Source: Camelus ferus
Lineage: Eukaryota
DNA: 64,000 nt
Assembly: GCF_009834535.1 (NCBI RefSeq)
Contig: NC_045696.1
Coordinates: forward strand, 116,748,001-116,812,000
Direction of reading: 5' to 3'
In this document: positions 52,356-64,000 of the stretch, one piece after another
How positions within the stretch are numbered: position 1 is the stretch's first letter
Layout of the letters: every line of letters begins with the position of its first letter
Notes under the pieces: model-generated
Told to the model about the DNA's origin: nothing
The model's database searches: none
Seen by the model: only the letters and a program-made list of their open reading frames with translations
Position numbers and translations under genes: made by a program

Positions 52356-55300
52356 CAAATCTTAAGTGGCCACCCTATTCTCCTTCAGACTTCCTGCTGG
52401 AAAGAACCTGGCAAACAGCCATTTCATATAATACCATAATGTTCAAAATTACTAGGAAGACTTCTACGCAGGAAGTTAGGGAATCTAGGCTCTTGTCCCA
52501 TGACGGTCATTTAGTAATTAGATGACCTTGGAGATTGATTCATTCAACAATTGTTTTTTTTATGCATTTGCCATGTGCTGCAAACTGCACACCACAATCA
52601 AGCAGCAGCAGTGGACACAAGAGATAACAACCTCTTCCCCCAGAGACAAAAATGCAGAGCTGGATTCCTCACCATGGAACCGAGGAGCTGGACCAAGGTC
52701 CTTCCAGGACTAAAATTCCCTGAAGCGATTAGCCAAACCTCCAATTCCTTAAAATCCGGTACAGAAACACATGAAAATATCAAGTAAAATACAACACAGG
52801 CGAATCAGTTCATAACCTGCCTCTGATATAACTAGTCTAGGAGTCTTCATTCTTCCTTCCCCAAATAGAGATCTTATACAGAAGTGACACTATAAAACAT
52901 TTTTTAAAGATTAAGTTTGATTTGGTCTGATACAAAATATTGGAAGTCTCTCTGCCTGTAAGTAGTAGACCTGCCAGAAACAAAAAGGGGGAAGAAATCA
53001 TTTCAGGGCAATTAACGATGATCAGAAAGGAAGTTCCATCTTACTCCTTGGGAAGGTGAATCCATCCTGTGTGTCTAATGTAGTCACAACGCTAGAGAAC
53101 AATGTGCTCTCTAATCAAGTTTTATTTGTGTGATGTACTTTTTGGTTCATGGTAACTGGACACAAAAAGGTAAAACGTATTATTAATGGACAATGACACA
53201 GTAAAAACTAAATCAGCCTAGACTCTCAGCTGCTTCATTATAAAATCAGGTAAGGAAGGTCATAATTATTTAATTTGTGTCCAAAGCTCAGCTGGAGAAT
53301 GTTTTAAATGAACAAATGAAGCAAGTAATTTTAGGGGAAGGGAAAGTCCTTGGAGCCAAGTTTATGTACTGACAGACGTAATTAGCGTTCTGCCATCCTA
53401 GAGGTGTTTGGGCAATAGATCTAATTTCCTAAAGATACATACTCAGTTTTTTTTTTTATCGTAACTGAGTAAAACATATCAATTCCTTGTCATGCTGTGA
53501 TCATAGGGTGTCCTTTCTGACACACCCCTCAAACTTGTTGACATTGATGGTCGCTTCTGACATGGGTACTGAGCTATGATAAAAAAATAGACTCACTAAG
53601 CACATAAAACTGGGTTTGTTCCTCCATTAAAGTCATAAATCTGAAATAGCCTTTCAAGTTAACATCGTAAGTTTCCTCATGCTGTAGATGAGGAAACCAG
53701 GGCCCGGACAGGTGAACAAAATTACTACAAATCTGACGGTTGGCGGGTGTTGGAGCTGTGACAGGAGAGGTCCTTTGCCCCCAGGCCAATGTTCTTCCCA
53801 TCATTGTATTTCGCCTTTATGAGCTGACCTGCAGCTTACAAGCTCCCCGTTCATTACCCTAAACCACAACAGCAGGACCCAGCAGGAGTGGTGGGGGGCA
53901 GCAGGGGAGCAGTGCCGGCGGCTGGCTTCTCTTTCAACACCTCTGCATGCTTGTGGGAAGAGAAATGTCAGCTTGCTTGTAAGTCTGCAGCAGGACTGGT
54001 GTGCTGGAAACGAACCATAAAGCTTCCCTCGTACAACTCAGTCTGGGGGCGTGAATAAGCTGGGTTTCCCCGCCTGGAGACCCTGCGACTCGACAAGCCA
54101 TACAAATTAACATGAGTGTACGGGTCTGCGGCCTCACAGAAATTAGGTCAGGTCCGAAGAGGAATCAGGTGGCTGACCACAAGCCAGAACTCTAATGTGG
54201 ATCCAAAACAAAGGGCGGAGATCTCAGGCTGTAATCCACCGAACAGCATGAGGACCACACGAGAGAATGTGATGAGGAAGCCTTTTAGGACAGTTATAAA
54301 AAGGGAAACGATACTGAGGGACAGAGAATGTTTGACTCCAAGTACAATCCAGACTTTGATTCTCCTTTTAATCAATTCTTGTCTTCCTCCATCTCACATT
54401 TTCTCCTATTGCCTTTATGCAGGATACTTTTGTTTTCATTCTACAGTTTTATTTCTCCCTTGACTTTGTTTCTGAATAGAAGGTCCACAGCAAAGCATAG
54501 AAAAAGCACTGTGATAAGGAAGATAAGAAAACCATTCTGAGATGAAAGTTATCAGAACACATCAATTTCTTTGTCTAGCTCAGGGACAAAACTGAGATGT
54601 GCAGGAACATTTTTAAGAACCTAGAGAAGAGATTCACTCCCTTGAACTGCTTTCTTAAGGTTTCCAGCTCATTCTCCGAAGACGCCCTCTGAAGGCTTTG
54701 TCCATACCCAATGGTGAGAGGATGGCATTTCTGAGACCCTACCCAGAGACGTTCAAATGGATCCCGCACTAAATGCTGGTGTAAGAAATTAGAGTGTTCT
54801 CCCTTGGGAATCTCCTGTGGCTTTATCCCTGTGCAGAGGTCTGAGCTTCTTTTAAAAGTCCAAGATTGGTTTCTGAAGGAGAAGATAAGTGAAGGGTTTT
54901 CTAGCTAACCAAGAAACAGATTCTTTGATTAAATATCAGATTAAGAAGAAAAAAAATCCTACATAAAGAACAATGACAATCCTCTAGAAAGAAAGATTGT
55001 GAGAAGAATGCAGAAATTTTAGGATAGAGGGTTATGGCATTCAGAATTTTCATTTTCTATAAAGTTTTTATGTTTCACATTAAGTTTAAAAATGTGTTCA
55101 TGTGCAGAATATTTCAGAATCACTTATGCAGAATTATGTAACACTTGGAAAATCTCCCTTAAGCTCCCCTGCATTATGGGGACACAAAATCTTACAAATT
55201 GTATTTGTTAACACCCAGTCCTCTGTACCAATACAAATTATCAAAGTATCCTAAATGTGGAAAGAGCGTTAGTATGATACTGTTCTTTTTTTTAAAGGAG

Positions 55301-55570
55301 AAAATAGTAGAGATTATCTTTTCTATGAACTCACCACCTCTGTTACAAGTGATCATTTTTCTATGATTTAAAAATATTGTAACAACTGGCCAGATACCCA
55401 GTGATTTACTGTTACTAGCTTGCCATGAAATATGTTGAGATAACATCACACATTACTAATCTAAACATTTCTACAGCCTTGCTGGTCATTTAAAAAAGTT
55501 AACCCATTGCAAGCTGAAACCGTTGCTCTCTGAACAAAAAAATGCAAGGTGGTTTTAGAAAACTTTCTCA

Positions 55571-56053
<483 letters not shown>

Positions 56054-57503
56054 TTAAGTACAATTGGGATTCCAATGCTTAGGTCACTTTTATGACCATT
56101 CCTGCGTAATTTCTTGACATGTTATACCGGACGGGGACAGGATAAAGGATGATAAGACAATTTAATTTCTTTGCATGAATACTTATCTTCCTTCATTAGG
56201 ATTTAGCCTTTTTCTTTGCCTGAATATAACTGGACATATTCTGATACACAGCTGAAACGCTTTATAGGATTAAGATTGGATATGAGATGTCTCTACCCCT
56301 TTCTTTTCATTTCTACATGTTCTTCCAATTCCACTTCCCCTCCTCCTGCACGTGTAAGGGGGGGGTGCTTTGTAAGAAAAATTGGTATAGATTGAAGTAA
56401 AATCCTGTGAAGTGGTAACAAAATTAACTTAGGTTTCTTATTTTTAAATAATCAGACCTATAAATCTTGAGTAAGATCTGCTGACAAACACCAGTAGCAC
56501 CTCCAGCCTCATGTGTTTTACTAACTTCTGTCTAACATTATCGATCGACAGAGAAAAGCTTCGCCTGAAGCATAGACATTCTGAGCTCTCTGTTAAACAA
56601 ACATGCTCAGGGAACCAAAATTAAATGGAACATAATTTTAGAAAAATCTCCTAAGTCCTGCCTTTGTATGAACTAAAACAACAGACTGGTAACTAAGGGG
56701 GGCTCAACTGAAAAGTGTACACCATTTGTGTCCACCAGAAAGGTCAATGTCACTGTTAACAACATACACGGTAGTCTAAAATACACTCTTTGCACACCTT
56801 CAAAGAGCCTCCAAAACAGAAAAGTCAAATAAAATGCAAATAGAGTTTGACAAATTCCTTGACCCTTTCTGACTTGGAGGCTGAATTATAAATAGAGAGG
56901 AAGAAAGGAATTTTTAAGACTACACCTAAGCCTAATTTTTCCTATATGGACAAAATTTTATGATTCTGGATATTCAAGGTCAGCACTTTTGAGATTTTCC
57001 CTTTATAATTAACTGTAGTCAACAGACTTCTGGTTTCTCCTTCCTCTAACCATCTTCCCTTATCGCCAAGAAAAACGTACCTAGAACAGTGCTTGACACA
57101 TAGTAAATGCTCAATAAACTTGTGTTAAATGATATGGATAGTTATAAGTGAAGGTACAAAACACTCCAAGCTCCCTGTAACAATTAGATATTCCATAAAA
57201 GTGTTTTCAACTGTAATCTTGAGAATTATTCTATACTGAAATATAATAAAATCGTAGGATCCTTTGAGGAAACTGCCAGGCAGCTGTGATCTTTTATTCC
57301 TTTTGTCACTCCTCTGTGTAGAGTTTCTTCTCCTTCACAGCCAACTTCTCATCTATTATTTCTCCTGCTGATTGTAAGCCAGATGCAGCCTCTACTTTGT
57401 GGCTTAGAGGGACTCACTGGGAGTGAAGTTTGTTGTATAGGCAGGTGAATTTGATAGACAGATGACAATTTTGTAGGTAGAGTGAACCCTGGATGACACC
57501 ATC

Positions 57504-57917
57504 TGCTATGGACTGAGCTGCGTCCCTGCAAATGTCATGGGCTGAAGCCCTAACCCTCAATGCCATGGTGTTTGGAGATGGGTCTATGGGAGCTAATTTG
57601 GTTTTAGATGAGGTCATGAGGGTGGGGTCCTCAAGATGGGATTAATGCCTTTATAAGAAGAGGGCAGAGAGCCCTGTCTCTTGCTCCCCACCCACCCCAA
57701 TCTCTCTCTCCCTCCCCTCGCCGTGTGAGGACCATGTGACGACACAGAGAGAAAACAGCAGTCTACAAGTCAGGTAGAGAATCCTCATGAAAAATCAAAT
57801 TGGCTGGAACCTTGATCTTGGACTTCCCAGCCTTCAAGAGTGTGAGAAATAAATTCCAGTTGTTTAAGCCATCCAGTTTATGATATTTTGTTACAGCAGC
57901 CTGAGCAGACTGAGACA
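57504..57917 (+). mobile_element. MaLR solo LTR (MLT1A-like)
   Basis: TG...CA ends (tgctatggactga ... gcagactgagaca); ccttgatcttggacttcccagcc...gtgagaaataaatt; 5-bp TSD ccatc / ccctc. Confidence 0.9.
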
Positions 57918-58092
57918 CCCTCTGAACATACACTGGTGCAGGCAATCTCCTTATTTTCTATGGCCACAAAGGGGATGTTTGAGGGAAGAATGTGGGGTTG
58001 CCCTTACATGAGAACAACAGTCATTTGCAAAGATAAGGGACATGAGCCTGGGTGTCCAGGATGAGGCAGCCCTGGTGATTTTGCTAGCACTT

Positions 58093-58158
58093 AAAAAAAA
58101 AAAAAATATATATATATATATATATACACACACATATATATATATATATAGATATATA
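58093..58158. repeat. Compound A/(TA)n/(CA)n repeat
   Basis: An A run, then TA, CA and TA runs. Confidence 0.9.
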
Positions 58159-60801
58159 TTTCCATCTGAGTCAAACATTTCCTGCTGTATAATGTGAACT
58201 TTGGTTCTAGATGAATGACAGAAGAAAGAGGCATATTTGATTTAGATGGAAATATATAATCTGAAAAAAGAAAGCATTCTTTTCACTCTGGGGCTGCTGC
58301 TCAGAATTTGTCACTGATGAGAATTATAAACACCTTGTAGACAGGGGCTAGACAGTGAGTGATGCATTCATCACAAACCGCTATCAAATGGTGCTTTCCC
58401 CGTGTCACCTACTGCACATGACCACCTCCTGCCTATCAGCTGGGGAGGGGGAAAAAGAGAACGAAAAAAGTTAATTAACATGTTCTGAGGATCTTCTGGG
58501 TGACAGACACTTAACAAGGTGTTTTATAGAAATGTTGCGTTTTGGGGCTGCTCAGAAACTATGGAGGAATTTTTATGCTCATTTTAGGCCTATTTTGATG
58601 TTAAATTCCCTAAGGAAGTCACTCAGATGGCAACTTGGATTCCTACTTTTGCCTTTTTCACTCTATCACACTTTCTATGTCTCATTCATAATTCTCTCTC
58701 TCAGAGCGTCTTTCATAGTGACTTACACATAGTAGGTCTTAATAAATAAATGTGTGAGCTGTGTATGAAACATCTGCCCTCAGCAGCTGTGGGCAGAGCC
58801 AGCGCTAAACCTTGCAATACGTTTTTGATGGCTGTAATGCATTTCTGAATGTCGTCTATGCAGATGCACTCACTGAACCCATTTCAGCTCTGGTAAATCA
58901 GTACCTTGGTTTGTTTGTTTCTGCTTTTCTTTTTGTAAGTCTCTGTAGTATAACAATAGCGATACTTATCAACTTTTCCTCCAAACTTACGCTTTCCTGT
59001 GAAGTAAATGTAATATTTTGAATAAGCTTTTCTATTCAAATAGACTATTTCATACTGACTAATTTATGTGGGGAAATAACAAATTTATATGCCAATTTGT
59101 TAAATGATCTTATGCTCAGCCCTGCGAAAAACAGAAACACTGTCACTGGTAAGAGAGAGATTCCTTCCTTCCTTCCTCTTTTTCTTTCTTTCTGGCGTGG
59201 AGGTTGTCTATAACTTGTTTTCTTTATAAAGAATTTGTGCCGTATTTCACAAGTGAGAATGAGCAAAGGGAGTGGAAGTGAAGTGCAGGGTACAAGAGCT
59301 TAAAATTCATCAAAATATGAGAATTAAACTTTTTCAAAAATTATTTACATTGATTTTGGGCTATAAAATGTTAATCCTATCCAAACATATGTATTTTTAA
59401 CTTTACATTATGTAATATACATATTTAAAAGTATCTTATTTGTTCAGTGCCCAAAGAGAAATGGAATATAAAAAAAAAATTACTAGTATTTAGTTAGCAA
59501 AGCAGCAAGTTAATTTATAGCAGCATCTATGAAACACTGTTTATTTAACAATTCTCCAGGATAATTTGGAAAATTTTTCTTATCATTTTGCAGATTATAT
59601 ACTTCCTTGGGGTTTTTTTGGCAGTCTTGCAAGTTTTAAGTCATTACACTTTCATTATAGTACACTTATCTAGTCAAATTCAGTCTTGAAAAAGCACTTT
59701 AAAAACTTGGGTAACAATTCAGTTTAGCAATGATTGATATTATACACTAGATTTCCCCCAGAGCTTTCCTTTCAGCTGAGTTATAAACCTCTTAAAGACG
59801 TTGACACTCAACTTCCTAACTTAAAAAAAAGAAAGAAAAAGAAAATAAAAATGCTATTGTACATGAAATTGACAAATGCATAAATCTGTACTAAATAGTC
59901 AAGATTACAGTCCAATCTTCATTCTGAAGTCAATAATGACTGTATCTGAAACACTGATCACTGTGTTTAATATTGAAAACTGTACTTTTAAAATTCTTGA
60001 TAGAGAATATAATTTCTATGAGGGGGTTGTCAACTGAGTAGGAAATATGTTTAACTCTGAACTAATGTTTAGTAAACCTGCTAAAACAGGTTACTTTGGC
60101 AGCAAATTGCATTACTGGTCCAAAAGTGTGATTATACCTTCCTAAAAGTCGCTCTGTTTATAAGGGAGCACTTAATGCTTTTAAGAATATCAATCATTAA
60201 ACAGTAAAAATAATGACTACTACAAATGGGCATACTTTCTTCCCTGCGACAATACATGAGAATAAAGGCTTTAGATGAAGAAAGAGAAGTTACAAATATC
60301 AATAAAAATTCAAGAGAATGCTTGGTTTATGTTGGTAATTTCATCATTTAGCATTTTGCTCAATCCAACATTTTTACAAGGACTTCAGAGAAGGGACTGA
60401 ATTCTCTTATTTTAATTTCAGCATTTCTTTCTATCTTGGTAGGTCTTCAGTTTGTTTTGCCAATGAATAATGAAATATTCGAGAGAGAGAGAGAAAAGGT
60501 TATAAAAGTAGAAGAAATCTTCAAACTCTCCACCAAATTCTTGGGGCAAATATTTGGCTGAATAATATGAAGTAATGCTTATATTCCTGCAGATGGTTCC
60601 CTTATCAAAGGATTTGCTTAGTGAGTCAGTATTGATGACACATTCAGGCTTTTTAATATCCTGCTTCTAGGTAACGAAATTATTAGAAACAGGAAGTAAC
60701 TTCCTTAAGTGGAAAATCTGGCCTACACATCACTGGTCACCTTGGCCTCTTCATCAAAAAGGGCGCAAAATCCTGGACATGCAAATTGCCACAAACATTT
60801 A

Positions 60802-61164
<363 letters not shown>

Positions 61165-62569
61165 TTAAGTTAGACTAACAGTCACCTCGTAACATATTTC
61201 AGATTGTCAATATCCAAAAATATTTTTTTCCTTTTTTTTCTGTACTGAAGCATAGTCAGTTACAACATGTCAGTCTCCGCTGTACAGTACAATGCCCCAG
61301 CCATACACACACACACACACATTCACCTTCACAACACGCCTCTTGACAGATCTAGTTCAACTTGACAGGTAGGTACTGGAGAAGGTGAAGAAAGAAATAT
61401 TTTCTGAACCCTTAATATATTCTAGACATTGGGCCACGTGTTAAGATAATTAAAATAAATAATAACAACAACAACAGTCAACACTTACTAAATGCTCACC
61501 ATGGACCAGGCTTGTCCTAAGAGCTTAGCATAGGCTGTTTCACTTACCACACCGTCTAATACCATAGTAGACGGTGTTAACACAGTAGACCATGTTAACA
61601 GAGGCAGAAACCAAGCCTCAGTGGGAAGAACAGCTCATTCAACGATCATGTTCAACAGTGGCAGAGATGACTTTGAACACAAGTATAATCTGTAGTCTGT
61701 ATTCTTTTTATCCTTTTTTTAATCTAATAGTAATTCTATTCCATGCATGAAAGGTTTACTAATCTCTGTATGGATATGAAATTAGTCCCTGCCCTGAAGG
61801 TGCTTGTATTCACAAAATACCATTTCTTGTTTAGATTTCTAGGTTAAATCCCACTCCACTTAAATGGAAGATGTAATCATTTCCAACCTTTCCTTCCATC
61901 CTCCTTTTACTGTATTTTTATGTCATATTATATTTTATGTTTGTATTTATTTTACATTTACACTATATTTTACTATCTGTTTATCAAACTGTTTACAATG
62001 TATGAGGTCCTCCTGAGTGTTGGTCAAATGACAAAGCCACGTGGATGGTCCTGAGCTCAATCCTGTCGCCTATGCACAAACTTCTCCAAGTCTGTCATAC
62101 AGTTCCTGGGTTAAGTATCAGTAAAGCGTTGGGAAAGATGATCTTTTCCTTTATCTGTTTCAGAGTTGAGTACAACCAGGCCAGAGGGAATTTCAGGATT
62201 GGTGAATACACGTCAGTGTGATGAGGGTTGAGAATTTTACAGACTGGTGACTCCAACAGAAAGATAATTCTCCGTGGAACCCCGTTCTTGGAGAGCACTG
62301 TGACTCTGTGACAGTGACAGGTGTCGGGAATGTGGGAAGTAAACAACCCCAAGAGAAGAGGAATTCAGGGAGTTACAAAGCCAATACTAAGCTCTGAGTT
62401 AAGTAACTTTTAAATGAATTGGAGTGCTCTTTACAGCTAATTTCAACCACTGAAATAGTGTTGTATGAGGTTAAGAATGTTGAAAGTGTGATCATGATGA
62501 TAATAAAAATTACAATAACACGCACTTTGCATATTTGCATATCATTCTTACTTTTCACTTCAGATCACA

Positions 62570-63168
62570 TTGGAAGGCAGAATTCTAAAATGACCCTCAC
62601 CTCCATGGCCCTCACTGTCAGAGGACCTCTTCCCCTTGGGTAAGGGTGGAAACTGTAAGCATGGGAAGATACCAAGGCACGATCATGTTGATGATCTAAC
62701 CAGCTAAAGGGGGTACCCTGCGTAGCCTGGGACCTGATGAGACAAGCCCTTTAAAGCAGAGTTTTCTTCATCTAGTGTTAAGGGACTGGAAGGCAGGGAG
62801 GCGTGCTCTTGCCGCCCTGGAAGAAAGCAACTGCCATGTTATGGGAAGGGCCACATTGTGGGGATGGAGGGCAGCCTCTAATTGCTGAGAGCGACCCCTC
62901 GTTTACATCTAGCTAGAAGTGGAAACCGCAGTCCCACAACCATAAAGAAATGAAATTTGTTCAACAGCTGCATGAGAGAACCTGAGTTTCGGAAAGGGAC
63001 ACAGTGTAGAGGACACCTTGATTTCAACCTTGTGGGGCCGTGGGCAGAGAATTCAGCTGAGCTAGACGTGGACTTCTGACTCAGACGAACTATGAGATAA
63101 TAAATGTGTGTTGTTTTAAGCTGCTACATGTGTGCTAATTTGCTATACAGCAATAAAAAACTACTGTA
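62570..63168 (+). mobile_element. MaLR solo LTR (MLT1E-like)
   Basis: ggcagaattctaaaatgaccc...gccctttaaagcagagtt...gagataataaatgtgtgttgttttaagctgcta...tatacagcaata. Confidence 0.85.
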
Positions 63169-63284
63169 ATATTTATTAAGTCATCTGGCCCTCAGGATAG
63201 CCTTGTGAGGTGAGATAATATAGGAATTACGACAAGGCGGGTGACTATTACGTTACTACAGATAACACATATATTCTTAGTATG

Positions 63285-63492
63285 ATCTGAGTGCTGTTCT
63301 AGGACCTTTATAATCATAATCTCATAGACTTCCTACAACAGTGTTAAGAGGTAAGCAGATTTATTAGCCCCTCTTACAGGTGAGGAAACTGAGGCAGAAA
63401 AAAGCCAAGCGATTTGTGCAGGGTCACACAGATGACGAAACTGAAGCACAGGATTAGACTCGGATCCAAGTCTCTTAAGTTCCAGTTCCATG
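63285..63492 (-). mobile_element. MIR SINE
   Basis: ttacaggtgaggaaactgaggcagaa...aagcgatttgtgcagggtcacacag...caggattagactc. Confidence 0.8.
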
Positions 63493-64000
63493 CTTTGGGT
63501 TTTGGTGCCTTAACAGAGATCAGTCACACCTCAGATCTGGAAGCAAATTCCAGGTCACTCGATAAGAAAACATTAATTAGACTATTGCAAATAATCTAAC
63601 TTATTAAAATGGCATTATTCAAAGTCATACTCTGTCAAAAAATAAAAGTACTACAATACTTCCACAATTATTAATATTGAGAATATGAAAGGATGAAGCT
63701 TGTCAATAAGCCACTCAAAGGATGCAAACAATCCCAAGGTGATTTCCACTGCAGACTAAAAATGCTACCACAGCAAAGGACCCATGCGTCCCTGAACCGT
63801 GGCCACCAAGAGGGAGCTGGGAGCTCTGGAGAACGCCCTGAAGTTACTACGGTTTCTCTTTAACCTTCTAAACCCATGCATTTGTGCATTAGCAGAGCAA
63901 CTGAACAGGTTAGACCACCAGCTGTTGAAATAAAGCAGAGATTGCAACCTTCTGGTTTTCAAAAGAAAGCTCAAGTTAGGAATTTAAGTTTCCATCTTCG

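Overview
Mammalian genomic DNA, not microbial. It is probably from a camelid; this is inferred from six tRNA-Ala-derived SINEs of the Vic-1 type. The whole window lies inside the voltage-gated potassium channel gene KCNH8 (Kv12.1/ELK1, EAG family) on the minus strand. Six internal coding exons were delimited by GT/AG boundaries with consistent phases (158, 208, 198, 200, 250 and 215 nt; exons 6-11 by recalled human numbering). They encode S2-S6, the GFGN pore, the C-linker and the CNBHD. The introns contain a near-full-length but internally deleted L1 (about 6.1 kb), two younger 5'-truncated L1s with target-site duplications, many short L1 3' ends, SINEs, MIR/L2, hAT MITEs, LTRs, microsatellites and a processed RPL35A pseudogene. 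I found no convincing previously undescribed biological system. The best leads are an RE1/REST-like site, a possible hERG-USO-like intronic termination after exon 10, the stop-free RPL35A retrocopy whose start codon has been lost, and some retrotransposition-mechanism signatures. Repeat family names come from recalled consensus sequences, not from a database search.
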